The notes: generated by a model not told the origin, from the letters alone. A stretch of DNA of 64,000 nt from Olavius algarvensis Delta 4 endosymbiont (GCA_905176665.1 CAJINA010000008.1:276-64275), one strand, 5' to 3'; shown: positions 18,111 through 27,912, counted from the first letter of the stretch. Translations and numbers: made by a program.

Positions 18111-18986
18111 TTACCCTGCATACCCTATTATCATAATAATGACCGCGCCGGCGAGCATGAGAAGGGCCCCGGCGGCGCGGATGGGGATATTTTCCTCTTT
18201 GAAGAACAAGCCGCCGAAGAAGACACCGATGAGGATACTCAGGCGTTTGACCGAAATCATATATACGACCTTTGTCAAGGAGACCGCCCAACCATGCAGC
18301 ACTGCGTGGAAGTACAGCAATAGACCTGCCACGAGGCCCTTTACAGGATTCACGGTGAAAGTCTGCAGGTTCACTTTTCCCAACAGCCACAGGACCATCA
18401 CCATGGAAATATTCAGTGCGGTAAAAAAGAGTACGGTAAAAAACATGACCGACGAGTGGACGATGGCCACCTTGCCGATCACAACCGCAAACCCGAAAAG
18501 AAAGGCGACAATCAACATGAGGATAGAACCCGGTTCCCGGATCAAATGCGCCGACCCCAGGCCGGCCCTGGCTTCCCGGGGGTCCAGGTTGAGGACAAAA
18601 CTGCCCAGCACCGTCAGCAGAATACCGGCTCCGCCCCACATGTTCGGCAGTTCCCCGAGGAACATATAACCCGGAATCATGGCAAAGATCGGCGTAAAAG
18701 CCAGGTACGGCAGCGTCAGGCTGAGGGGCGCAATCTGAATCGCCCGCATGTAGAGGGTAAAACAGATGGCGTTCAGAGGGAGGCTGACCAGAAAACAGAA
18801 CAGGAAGATTTTATCCAGCGGCGGGATTTCCACCAGGGAAAGCGTTGCCGTGAACAGCGGCAGGCTGAAGAACATGGGGATGACCGCCATCTCATAGGAT
18901 GAAAGGTGTGCGAAATGTTTTTTGACCCAGGCGTCCTGGGAAGCGACAACCAGAGCCGTTGCGATGGCAAGCGGTATCCAGAGCAT
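18111..18986 (-). CDS. EamA/DMT family transporter
   Basis: ~10 TM, two repeats, AIQIAPLSLTLP, LGELP, FFKEE motifs. Confidence 0.9.
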   Translation of the reverse strand: MLWIPLAIATALVVASQDAWVKKHFAHLSSYEMAVIPMFFSLPLFTATLSLVEIPPLDKIFLFCFLVSLPLNAICFTLYMRAIQIAPLSLTLPYLAFTPIFAMIPGYMFLGELPNMWGGAGILLTVLGSFVLNLDPREARAGLGSAHLIREPGSILMLIVAFLFGFAVVIGKVAIVHSSVMFFTVLFFTALNISMVMVLWLLGKVNLQTFTVNPVKGLVAGLLLYFHAVLHGWAVSLTKVVYMISVKRLSILIGVFFGGLFFKEENIPIRAAGALLMLAGAVIIMIIGYAG

Positions 18987-19000
18987 TATATTAGCTGTTT

Positions 19001-19080
19001 AGGCTGAAGACTGAAGGCCGAAGGATAATCTTTCAAGGCTAAAAGCCTACTTCAGTCTAAACGCCTTCAGCCTTCAGACT
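19001..19080. repeat. Inverted heptamer array cassette, family C
   Basis: aggctgaagactgaaggccgaagg ... cttcagtctaaacgccttcagccttcagact. Confidence 0.8.
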
Positions 19081-19085
19081 TATAA

Positions 19086-19991
19086 TCATACATTCAAAAG
19101 CTTATCCGTGGTGACACTGACGATGCCCCAGATGGTATCGGCCGGCAGATGGGCATCGATACTGCGGTCGAACAGGATTGATACTTTGGCCGGGAATTCC
19201 TCGTCGGCTCCCCACAGGAGGTAGTAGACCGGTATTTTGGGAAACGGCCGTACGCAGACCGCGGCATCGGCCAACTGCAATCGGGAGCCGCCCAGCTGGT
19301 CACCGGCTTTGAACAGCAGCTCGGGGCGGCGCCCGAACTTAGCGACAAGCTTGTCGGTTTTTAATTCATGCGGTCCCTGGAAAAACTGGGCGTCTTTCAG
19401 ATCAAGGGGACCGACCATTTCGTTCCGAAAGGGATGGTCGGCCGCGTTGAGCAGATAGACCAGCAGCATCAATTCCAAAAACGGGTCCGCTGCCCGGCGC
19501 CAATGACCGGGGCCGCCTTTCTGGATCTCCTGGGCTGTGACATCCACCCGGATCTCCTCATTGAAAGCCGGCACCAGTAGCCCCCCCTCACCATCCATCA
19601 TCACCGCTGCGCGGGGGCAGAGTTCCGGCAGTTTCAAATCACGCAATTGCCGCCAGTATTCCGGAGGAACCACGACTCCGTCCCCGTAAGGTGCCCGGGT
19701 GGTCTTCTTTTCGTTGCGACGACGGGTCTGCATGTCCACATAGCCTCGGCTGAAGGGGTACTCCCCTTCTCTAAAATTTTCGCAGGGGAACATATCGCAA
19801 TCGTGCAGGCAATACGCCACTTGATTCAGCACCGCGCAGGCCAAGATGGGACAGGGCGCACCCAGCAGCTTTTCCTGGGCGGCAAGTTTGCGCTGCCCGG
19901 CCGGGCTGGTCCCGCTGCCGCAGCTCGAGCAAGTGCCGTCTGTATTCAAGCGACAGACATCGCAGTTGATACCGCAGGCACCGGTAGGCAT
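19086..19991 (-). CDS. Cys-rich (DUF3795-like) N-terminal domain + DUF3786-like putative Fe-S protein
   Basis: ATG 19991. GACGINCDVC..CSSC..CPILAC..YCLHDCDMFPC; C-terminal PFPKIPVYYLLWGADEEFPAKVSILFD. Confidence 0.75.
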   Translation of the reverse strand: MPTGACGINCDVCRLNTDGTCSSCGSGTSPAGQRKLAAQEKLLGAPCPILACAVLNQVAYCLHDCDMFPCENFREGEYPFSRGYVDMQTRRRNEKKTTRAPYGDGVVVPPEYWRQLRDLKLPELCPRAAVMMDGEGGLLVPAFNEEIRVDVTAQEIQKGGPGHWRRAADPFLELMLLVYLLNAADHPFRNEMVGPLDLKDAQFFQGPHELKTDKLVAKFGRRPELLFKAGDQLGGSRLQLADAAVCVRPFPKIPVYYLLWGADEEFPAKVSILFDRSIDAHLPADTIWGIVSVTTDKLLNV

Positions 19992-19995
19992 GGGT

Positions 19996-21390
19996 TCACC
20001 CCCTGATCCGATCAAGCCGGGCGACGGCTTCGATGTGAAAGGTATGCGGAAACATATCCACCGGCTGGACCTCCGCCACCTGGTAAGCATCCTTGAGAAG
20101 CGCTATATCGCGCGCCAGAGTGGCCGGGTTGCAGGAGACATAGACGATTCGCGGGGATCCGATGTCGAGTACTTTCTTTACCACGTCCTTGTGCATGCCC
20201 GACCGCGGAGGATCGATGATCATCACATCCGGGCGGGCGGCGTGCGCGGGCAACAACTGCCGGATGTCTCCCAGAAGAAAATGACAGTTCTCAATGCCGT
20301 TACGCTCGCAATTTTTCCGGGCATCGGCAATGGCACTCTCCACGATCTCCATGCCAACAACGGACCGGGCCCTGGCCGCCAGGCAGATGGCGATGGTCCC
20401 GGTACCACAGTAGAGGTCCAGGACTGTCTCGGTCCCGGTCAAGCCGGCATACTGACGGGCGGTTTCGTAGAGCGTATGGGCCCCGCGGGTGTTGGTCTGG
20501 AAAAAGCTGTTTGCGGAGATTTCGAACTCATATTTCCCGATGCGGTCTTGCAAGGTCCGGTCGCCGGCCAGGTGAACTTCGTATTCACCGGCCGCCACGC
20601 CCGCTTTGCGCGTGGTGACGTTGTTGACCACCGAACTTACGCTGGGAAACGTTTCCCGGAGCATGGCCGCCAGAGGATTCAGGACGTGCCGGTTCTCGGC
20701 CGCGGTAACCACGTTGACCATCCAGGTGTTGCGGTCGACCGAGTGCCGCAGCATCAAAAACCGCCAGAAACCCTTGTGGGAACGCAGGCCATAGGCGGGC
20801 TGCCCGGAGTTGCGCATATACGCTTTGACAGCATTGCGGATGGCATTGCCCTCTTCCGGGTGGAGATAGCAGGTGTCGATGTCCAGAACCTTATTGAACG
20901 TCCCGGGCACGTGCAGGCCCAGTGCAAAGTCCATTTTGATTTCCGGATTGCCCAGCTCTTCCGGCATCAGCCAGCGCCGGTCGGTACAGGAAAATTCCAT
21001 TTTATTGCGGTATCCGAACACCTTTTCCGAAGGCAGGGTCGGATGAACCGGGACATCCCTCAGCAATGCCAGGTGCGCGAGGGATTCGACCACATGCTGA
21101 CGCTTGAATTCAAGCTGACGCCGGTAATCCAGAAACTGCCATTTGCAGCCGCCGCAATAGCCGCTGTAGCGGCAGCGCGGCGGGACCCGCAAAGGGGATG
21201 GCTCCAGTGGTTCGATGACCCGCGCTTCGGCAAAGGTCTTTTTCTTTTTTACGATCCGAATAAGGGCCCGGTCGCCTGGAACAGCCTGGTCCACAAAAAC
21301 CGCCATGCCATCGATCTTGACGAGCCCCCGGCCGCCAAACGCGATATCCGCAACCGAAACTTCGAATTCCCGCCCCTTTTTAACAGTCAT
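19996..21390 (-). CDS. rlmD: 23S rRNA (uracil-C5)-methyltransferase RlmD family
   Basis: TRAM domain, CRYSGYCGGC Fe-S motif, SFFQTN, LDLYCGTG, DPPRSG, YVSCNPATLARD, DMFPHTFHIE. Confidence 0.95.
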   Translation of the reverse strand: MTVKKGREFEVSVADIAFGGRGLVKIDGMAVFVDQAVPGDRALIRIVKKKKTFAEARVIEPLEPSPLRVPPRCRYSGYCGGCKWQFLDYRRQLEFKRQHVVESLAHLALLRDVPVHPTLPSEKVFGYRNKMEFSCTDRRWLMPEELGNPEIKMDFALGLHVPGTFNKVLDIDTCYLHPEEGNAIRNAVKAYMRNSGQPAYGLRSHKGFWRFLMLRHSVDRNTWMVNVVTAAENRHVLNPLAAMLRETFPSVSSVVNNVTTRKAGVAAGEYEVHLAGDRTLQDRIGKYEFEISANSFFQTNTRGAHTLYETARQYAGLTGTETVLDLYCGTGTIAICLAARARSVVGMEIVESAIADARKNCERNGIENCHFLLGDIRQLLPAHAARPDVMIIDPPRSGMHKDVVKKVLDIGSPRIVYVSCNPATLARDIALLKDAYQVAEVQPVDMFPHTFHIEAVARLDRIRG

Positions 21391-21568
21391 AATCCCCTCG
21401 GGCAATTAAAAAAACAGTTGGAAATAATTGTCATATTTTGTTACCTTAATTAATTGTCTCCCAATAAAACAACGGCTCCCGGCCAAGACGCCGGCACAGT
21501 TCAAATATGTCCCGTTGGCCAGCGTCGAGAGCGGACCATATAAACTTTGGGCCGGTTTCCGGCGGGCG

Positions 21569-22363
21569 ATGCCCGGTGTAACACCGATATACCCTTTCAA
21601 GCAAGCAAAGAGTCACCAGGTTAAGGAATTTAAAATTTCAACTGATACCGCTGTCACTTTTCGGTCTGGGGGCTATCTTCTTAACAGTACCCTGCACCTG
21701 CCGGACGTACCCCGGCCGGCCGTCGTGATCGGGTCACACGGACTGTTCGGAACCGCAGCGTCCGCCAAGCAAACAGCCCTGGCCGCCGCCTGTTTGGGGG
21801 CCGGGATCGGCTACCTGCGTTTCGATCACCGGGGCTGCGGAGGCAGTGAAGGTGATTTCGAAAAGGTGACCACCCTGGAGGGCCGGGTGCAGGACCTGCT
21901 TGCAGCCGCGGCCATGATCCGCAGACGGTCGGATACGGGCGACCGGTTTGGATACTTCGGTAGCAGTTTGGGGGGTGCTGTCTGCATCCGGGCCTGCGGG
22001 AAGAAACCGCCGGACGCAATGGTTCTGTGCGCTGCACCGGTCCGCAGCGGTGATATCGATCCGGACCGCGCCGCCGCAACAAACGGTTCAGCGGGGCCGG
22101 CCTTGCGACCGGCGGGCCTGACATTCGATGTGGCCGTGGAAGCGGCCGCCCTTCAGGAAATTCTGATTTTCCACGGGGATGCGGATGAGGTGGTTCCCTA
22201 CCGACACGCCGGTGAGATTTACGACGCTGCGGCCGGTCCCAAAGAAATGATCACCCTGCCCGGCGGCGATCATCGGATGACGCTTGCTGAACACCAGCAA
22301 CTGTTTGTGACCGAAACGATCCGGTGGTTCCAGGACCGTCTTGCGGCCACCGATGGATCTTGA
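21569..22363 (+). CDS. Alpha/beta hydrolase
   Basis: HG, RFDHRGCGGSEG, GSSLGG nucleophile, HGDADEVVP, GGDH. Start uncertain (ATG 21569 or ATT 21635). Confidence 0.85.
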   Translation: MPGVTPIYPFKQAKSHQVKEFKISTDTAVTFRSGGYLLNSTLHLPDVPRPAVVIGSHGLFGTAASAKQTALAAACLGAGIGYLRFDHRGCGGSEGDFEKVTTLEGRVQDLLAAAAMIRRRSDTGDRFGYFGSSLGGAVCIRACGKKPPDAMVLCAAPVRSGDIDPDRAAATNGSAGPALRPAGLTFDVAVEAAALQEILIFHGDADEVVPYRHAGEIYDAAAGPKEMITLPGGDHRMTLAEHQQLFVTETIRWFQDRLAATDGS

Positions 22364-22388
22364 CTATTACTTTTCGGTAGCAATTATT

Positions 22389-22584
22389 TAGAAGCTATCT
22401 CAAAAAAAGGATTTTTGGTCAAAATCAAGGCGGCCGCGAAGTGCCCCGCGTTGCGGGACTTCCCGCTTGGTCTATTTCCTCGATGGTGGGTCGCAACCCG
22501 GAGGAATACTGGGGAGTATTTCGAGGACTTGAACCGAGCGCCCAACGCCGAGTTTGAGCTAAAAGACTTTTTTAAGATGGCTTA
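22389..22584. mobile_element. Miniature inverted-repeat element, family A, with ~50-bp internal insertion
   Basis: tagaagctatctcaaaa ... ttttaagatggctta. aatcaaggcggccgcg and ttgaaccgagcgcccaacgccgagttt match the reverse of 14751-14898. Confidence 0.85.
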
Positions 22585-22624
22585 CAGACGTTGTTGAACG
22601 AAATATGACGAACAAGGAGTTCGC

Positions 22625-23566
22625 ATGGCTGAAAAACCCCAGTTCACCGTTCTGCGAAGGTCCTTCATCCTATCGGTTGTCAGGCGCCTGGTCGCCCTGA
22701 TCGTTGTCGCCGGGCTGGTATACGGCTTGGTTGCGGGGGTCTACGCCACCCGCACGATATTCAAAGTAAAGATGAACTACGCCGTGGTGCTGGAAAAATT
22801 CGGGGGCATCCGGGAAGCCGTAACCGAAGTTGGGTGGCATGCGCGCTGGCCTTTTTTCACCAAGATCGAACAGAAAGTCACGCTGATGAACCAGCGGCTT
22901 TTTCTTGGCGGGCAACTCGAACCCATGCGGATCATATCCCAGGAAAACGTAGCCCTGTGGACATCGGCAGTGCTGACGTACCGTATCCGGGACCTGCATA
23001 CCTGGGCCATTGAAAACCTGGACCCGTTGAGCATCCTCCAGGGGGACTATGACGGCATCGTCAAGGATATTCTCCAGGCCCAGGAGGTTGATCGGCTGGT
23101 CAGCGACCGCGAATCCATCAAGGAGGAAATCTTCAGCGCGCTCAAATCCCGTCCGATCAATGAAGGCGGTCCTACGCTGGAAAAGAAATACGGGATCGAG
23201 GTGGTCAGTTTCGTGCTCAAGGAGACCCGCTTTGGCGATAAGCTGGTGGAGGCCACCGAAGAGAAAAAACGCCGCGAACTGATTGCTGAAGCAGAAAATT
23301 ATGCCGCCGACCAGGAAGCCAGCCGTATCCGCAAACTCTACGCGGCCTACATGGAAAGCATTCAACAACTCCAAAAAGCGCTCGGTCGGCCGGACCATTC
23401 CACGGACCAGGCCCTGTTGGAATTTCTGGTGCAGCAGAAATGGGCCAGTGCCTATGAAAAAAACCAGGCCGGCCAGAATACGGTCGTCCTCCAGAACACC
23501 GGGGCGACGCCCAATCTCACCCTGCCCTCACCTTCTGACATGGCACCTGCTGCGGGGAGGAAATAA
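22625..23566 (+). CDS. SPFH (band 7/HflC-like) domain membrane protein
   Basis: AAGGAG RBS, N-terminal TM, VVLEKFG..VGWHARWPFF, YRIRD, YGIEVVSF, C-terminal coiled coil. Confidence 0.88.
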   Translation: MAEKPQFTVLRRSFILSVVRRLVALIVVAGLVYGLVAGVYATRTIFKVKMNYAVVLEKFGGIREAVTEVGWHARWPFFTKIEQKVTLMNQRLFLGGQLEPMRIISQENVALWTSAVLTYRIRDLHTWAIENLDPLSILQGDYDGIVKDILQAQEVDRLVSDRESIKEEIFSALKSRPINEGGPTLEKKYGIEVVSFVLKETRFGDKLVEATEEKKRRELIAEAENYAADQEASRIRKLYAAYMESIQQLQKALGRPDHSTDQALLEFLVQQKWASAYEKNQAGQNTVVLQNTGATPNLTLPSPSDMAPAAGRK

Positions 23567-26500
23567 TGGCCCAGCGACTCACCAAAGAGATCAAGTACAT
23601 TCGTCTTCCCGAGCAACGGATCAGGGAGATCGAGGAACTGGTGAGATCGTGGCCCTATGAAACCAAGGCCTTTATGCGGGCCCGGCTGAACCAGTATCGC
23701 CCCCGTTTCACCTCCCTGCAAAACTTGCTTGACGGCCTGCGTGCGATTTTCCTGAAGCCCAAGGAACGCAAATTTGTCATCCTTAAAGATCCCAGTATCC
23801 TCACGGATTGGCAAAGGCGGTTCGAACTCTCCGGCCAGACCAACCCGCAGGAAGCCTGGCGCAAGATTCTGGAAAAAGAGGTGAGCGCTGGTGATTATGA
23901 ATACCTGCTATATTTGCTGGAAAAAGAGCTCGGTGATATCCATGTGCCCGATGAATTGAAAAAATTGTTCGACAAGATCTACCGGGCCCATATCCGTAAG
24001 GAGTATATCAGCGATCCGGAAGTGCCGAAAGCGCCCCTGCTGCTCTTCATCGGCCCCAGTGGCAGCGGCAAGACAGCCACTGTTACCGAGACCGTCGAAA
24101 AGGTGATCTTCATCAACGAGGTTCAGCCGGAGGTGGACCTGCAGCAGAAAAAAGAAGAACTGCTGGCAGGCGAACCGATCTGGAAAACCCTTGAAATGGT
24201 CGATCCGGACCTCGTCTTGGAAATAAACCGGCTAAAGAAATTGCGGTTTTATAAGCGTTTGTCAAAAATTCCCGTGGTCAACTCGCTCTTTAAAAAGGTC
24301 ATCAGCACCAACCTGTCCGACCTGGAAGAACAGAGCCTGCCGGTCGATTACGCCGTGGTGACGCCCAATGACTACCAGACCGCGCTGGCCGGTGAACCGG
24401 GCAACTATTTCAAAAAGGCATTGGGTGATGGTAAAAATACAACGATTCGGCATGTGGAGGAGGCGCACAGTGCCTTCGGCAAAGCGTCCGGCCGGGAATC
24501 CGGTGTGGAAAGACAGCAAAGAACCCTGATCGATACCTCCAACATCGTGATCGATGAAATCATCAATGGCCGTCGGGATTGCCTGCTGATCGCAACCAGT
24601 GACCAACCTGAACGGTTCGATTCCGCCATTTACCGGCGTTTTGTGGAAAAGGGTAAAATCATCGACATCTCCGATTTCTGGATGAACGCCGACAACCTTG
24701 ATGAGGTCGTGCGTTTAGAGCTGCTGCGCAGCAACATCCATGTCGGTACCGATAAAGACGCATATTGCATCGTTGAGGAGACCTGTCTCGATCCGGGGGA
24801 GACGCGGGTTGCCGTCGAAAAACTCTACACGATTTTCAAGGAGCGCAGCTTGAAGGTCATCCCCTCTTACGTGCGCAAACTGATCAATTCCATTGTCCAG
24901 ATCCAAGGCGATTTCAAACCGGAATACCTGGACGATGCTTTCCTGGTGCGCCAAGCGTTCGAACTGGTGGCCCAGAATTCCTATGGCGATCTGTATAAAA
25001 AAGTGGTGGATAAGATGGACCGGGACGTCAAGTGGCAGGATTATGTGGGCAGCGTCAAGGATGTCTTTTCAGAGATGAGCAACAACTGCCTGTATTACGG
25101 TGTCAGCGAAGAAAAAGGGGTGGTGCTCAACGGTCCCCCCGGCGGTGGCAAAACCTTTCTCGTCCGGGCCTGGCTCAGTGAAAACAGCGACATTCATGAT
25201 ATCTCCACCAGCCCCAGCGCCCTGCAGGGCCCGGTCAATCCGGTTGAAGGCGCCGTTGACAATCTGGAAAAAGTATACGACATCGCCAAGATGATCGCCC
25301 CCACGGTGATCTTCTTTGACGAAGGTGATTCCCTGGCGCCCAAGCGCAGCCAGACCGGCGGCTCACCCACCGATCGGTTGACCAACAAGTTTCTAAACCT
25401 CATCGACGGCGAGATCCCGCTCAACCAGGTCTTTACTGTCCTGACCACCAACCGGCTGGACATCCTCGACCCGGCGTTGATACGCTCCAAGAGACTGAAA
25501 GTTATGGAGATTTCAGGGCACATGGGTCGTAATGACATCAAAGATATTGTTCGGCAGGCGGTTGCGGACATTCCCTTGGCCCCCGATTTGGACGTGGACA
25601 CCATTGTGGAATCAGCCAAAGAAATCTGTAATACCCCGGCGGATTATACCGCCTTTGTTGAAAAAGCGCTGAGTTTGCGCAACACGGAATTCGAGGTGCT
25701 CACCCGCTTTCGGACGCAGGTGAGCAAGCGACTCGAAGTCCGGGAAAACTTTTTCAAGTTCAATTTCAAAACCCTTGTTGGTATTCTCGAGGCCATCCAG
25801 GCGCCCAAAGCCCTGATCAGCGGTATCAAGAAAAATCCGGCCAGTGTGGCCGAACGGTATGACGAAATTATAGACCAGACCGCCCGGGTTGACTCCATCG
25901 AGAACTACCCGGTGGTACTCTCTCACCTGAAGTCGGCGGTACGGGAGATTTCCGGCAGCCCGGTACGCAAAGGCAAAGTCCAGCTGGATAAATTCCTGGA
26001 AGCGGAGCTCAGCCAGGAACCCCAGGTGGGCTTCATTATCGGGGTGGGTGCCAATGACATGTCGGGGGTGCTGCTGCCCATCGCCACCAGCTTGACCTAC
26101 AAGCTGGGAGAAGACCGCGTCCTCGTGACCGGGGCTGTGTCCAGTTCCGGTTCCGCCACGGCCCAGATGGATATGGCGGTCAAGATGACCCAGCAATCCG
26201 CCCAGGAAGCACTCACCATGGTGAAAAACTACCTGCAGGGCCTCTATCCAAAGGTGAGCATGCCCAAGTTGCTGGGAGCATACCTCAGCCAGTACACGAT
26301 CCACCACCAGCTGCTCTCGGCCTCTTATAATGTCGGCGGCCCTTCGGCCGGCTACGCGTTGGCCATTAATACCCTGTCGTCCATTTTGCAGCTTCCGGTT
26401 TGGCACGATTTTGGAATCACCGGTGCACCCTGGACCAAAGGCGTCAAAAAGGACGAGGTCGGCGGATCGGTCATTATCGGCGGACACCGCAAAAAAACCG

Positions 26501-26964
26501 AACAGGTACTGCTGCACCTGCGCCGGATGTTCATGCCGCTGCAAAATTACTATGATTTGGAAAAAGAATTCGTCTACGGTTTCTGGGGCAGGGATAAGGA
26601 CATCCTGGGGGTTACCCACTTTGGAGACCTGGTGCCGGAGATCATCTGGCTGGACCCGGAGTGCGAAGCTGTCCAGAATGATCTGATCAAAACCCGGCTG
26701 GAATACAAGCGGAACAAATATATGAGCAGCAAGACCGATCCGGAAATGAAACAGCACATCCTCAACCGCAAGGAAACGCTACGGGAGGTGGTTGAAACTG
26801 AGATCGTAAAACGTCTGCGGTCCGTACACACCTATCTGAAGAATCCCAGCCGCGACCAGCTTCTATCGGTGTCCGAGATCTTCGCCAAAGAGGACCATGG
26901 CCGGTTTTACGAAGTTCGGATGGCCTTTGAAAAGATAAAAGAAAAAATTCGTGCCCCGGAATAG
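23566..26964 (+). CDS. Tandem AAA+ ATPase fused to a C-terminal Lon-type (S16) protease domain
   Basis: GPSGSGKT (24052) and GPPGGGKT (25132), FFDEGD, TTNRLDILDPALIRSKR, VGGPSAG..ITG..IGGHRKK. Confidence 0.88.
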   Translation: MAQRLTKEIKYIRLPEQRIREIEELVRSWPYETKAFMRARLNQYRPRFTSLQNLLDGLRAIFLKPKERKFVILKDPSILTDWQRRFELSGQTNPQEAWRKILEKEVSAGDYEYLLYLLEKELGDIHVPDELKKLFDKIYRAHIRKEYISDPEVPKAPLLLFIGPSGSGKTATVTETVEKVIFINEVQPEVDLQQKKEELLAGEPIWKTLEMVDPDLVLEINRLKKLRFYKRLSKIPVVNSLFKKVISTNLSDLEEQSLPVDYAVVTPNDYQTALAGEPGNYFKKALGDGKNTTIRHVEEAHSAFGKASGRESGVERQQRTLIDTSNIVIDEIINGRRDCLLIATSDQPERFDSAIYRRFVEKGKIIDISDFWMNADNLDEVVRLELLRSNIHVGTDKDAYCIVEETCLDPGETRVAVEKLYTIFKERSLKVIPSYVRKLINSIVQIQGDFKPEYLDDAFLVRQAFELVAQNSYGDLYKKVVDKMDRDVKWQDYVGSVKDVFSEMSNNCLYYGVSEEKGVVLNGPPGGGKTFLVRAWLSENSDIHDISTSPSALQGPVNPVEGAVDNLEKVYDIAKMIAPTVIFFDEGDSLAPKRSQTGGSPTDRLTNKFLNLIDGEIPLNQVFTVLTTNRLDILDPALIRSKRLKVMEISGHMGRNDIKDIVRQAVADIPLAPDLDVDTIVESAKEICNTPADYTAFVEKALSLRNTEFEVLTRFRTQVSKRLEVRENFFKFNFKTLVGILEAIQAPKALISGIKKNPASVAERYDEIIDQTARVDSIENYPVVLSHLKSAVREISGSPVRKGKVQLDKFLEAELSQEPQVGFIIGVGANDMSGVLLPIATSLTYKLGEDRVLVTGAVSSSGSATAQMDMAVKMTQQSAQEALTMVKNYLQGLYPKVSMPKLLGAYLSQYTIHHQLLSASYNVGGPSAGYALAINTLSSILQLPVWHDFGITGAPWTKGVKKDEVGGSVIIGGHRKKTEQVLLHLRRMFMPLQNYYDLEKEFVYGFWGRDKDILGVTHFGDLVPEIIWLDPECEAVQNDLIKTRLEYKRNKYMSSKTDPEMKQHILNRKETLREVVETEIVKRLRSVHTYLKNPSRDQLLSVSEIFAKEDHGRFYEVRMAFEKIKEKIRAPE

Positions 26965-27063
26965 ACGGCCGCGAGCCGGTAAGGACAGCGTCACAACCCC
27001 TTCGTCCCCTGCCCAACGCATGCCAGTCCCCCCGAGTGTTTTAGCAGCAATCTCCGATAACAA

Positions 27064-27912
27064 TTAATGGCGCCGACAGGTTTTGTATAAAAACGCCTGC
27101 ACAGCCTTCCGGTATCCGGGGCGGGTACTGCTGTCACTGTGTCCGGCTCCGGGGGCGATGAACAGGGTGGCCTGTTCGGGCACGAAACTCTGGTGTAGTT
27201 CGCGGGCGAAATGGACGGGAAAACGGCTGTCATTTTCTCCATGGATAATCAGAACCGGAGCCCGGACACCCGGGGCCAGGCGAGCCGGGCTCAGGCGGTC
27301 CAGGGCGCCCCGGTAGTAAAGGTTCATCCAGAACAGGATCATGGGCCCCAGCAGACTGCCGACAACCCGGTTGAACCATCGGTAGAGGCTCAACAGGGCC
27401 GGCCGGGTGTAGGCATATCCGGCTTCCAGGAAAAGCAATTGAATGTGTTCCGGTTTACGCCAGGCGGTGATAATAGCGGCGCCGGCACCGGCGGAATGTC
27501 CGTAAAGAATAATTTCTTCCCCAATCCACTCCATAACGGCTTCGATATCTTCGGCAAACCGGAGGGCTGTCATCACGCGCCGCGGGCTTGAATTGCCGTG
27601 GTCGCGTGCGCTGTGCAAAACCGTGGTATACCCCATGTCGCCGAACATGCGGGCCCGGTTGACCATCCGGTCCCGGTTACGGCCCCAGCCGTGTGCCAGC
27701 AATACGATGCCGCGACTCTTGCCGGGCGGTTCGATGCGCCACACCTCGAGTTTTCCGCCGTCAACGGCTGGTATGAATGTGTCCTCGATAGACCCCCAGT
27801 CCGGCGGATCGCTGACCGGATGTCGCGGAAACGCTTGTACCACGAAGGAAAGCACGAAGGTTAAAACCAGATAGAACGCGACCAGGCCTGATAAAACCCA
27901 AAAGATCAGCAT
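27064..27912 (-). CDS. Membrane-anchored alpha/beta hydrolase
   Basis: ATG 27912, N-terminal TM, HGWG, RDHGNS, GHSAG, HGENDS, GAGH. Confidence 0.88.
   Translation of the reverse strand: MLIFWVLSGLVAFYLVLTFVLSFVVQAFPRHPVSDPPDWGSIEDTFIPAVDGGKLEVWRIEPPGKSRGIVLLAHGWGRNRDRMVNRARMFGDMGYTTVLHSARDHGNSSPRRVMTALRFAEDIEAVMEWIGEEIILYGHSAGAGAAIITAWRKPEHIQLLFLEAGYAYTRPALLSLYRWFNRVVGSLLGPMILFWMNLYYRGALDRLSPARLAPGVRAPVLIIHGENDSRFPVHFARELHQSFVPEQATLFIAPGAGHSDSSTRPGYRKAVQAFLYKTCRRH

Noticed and set aside
19846-21453. 535-aa plus-strand ORF
   Set aside because: Antisense shadow of rlmD with no recognisable motifs; expected in GC-rich DNA.
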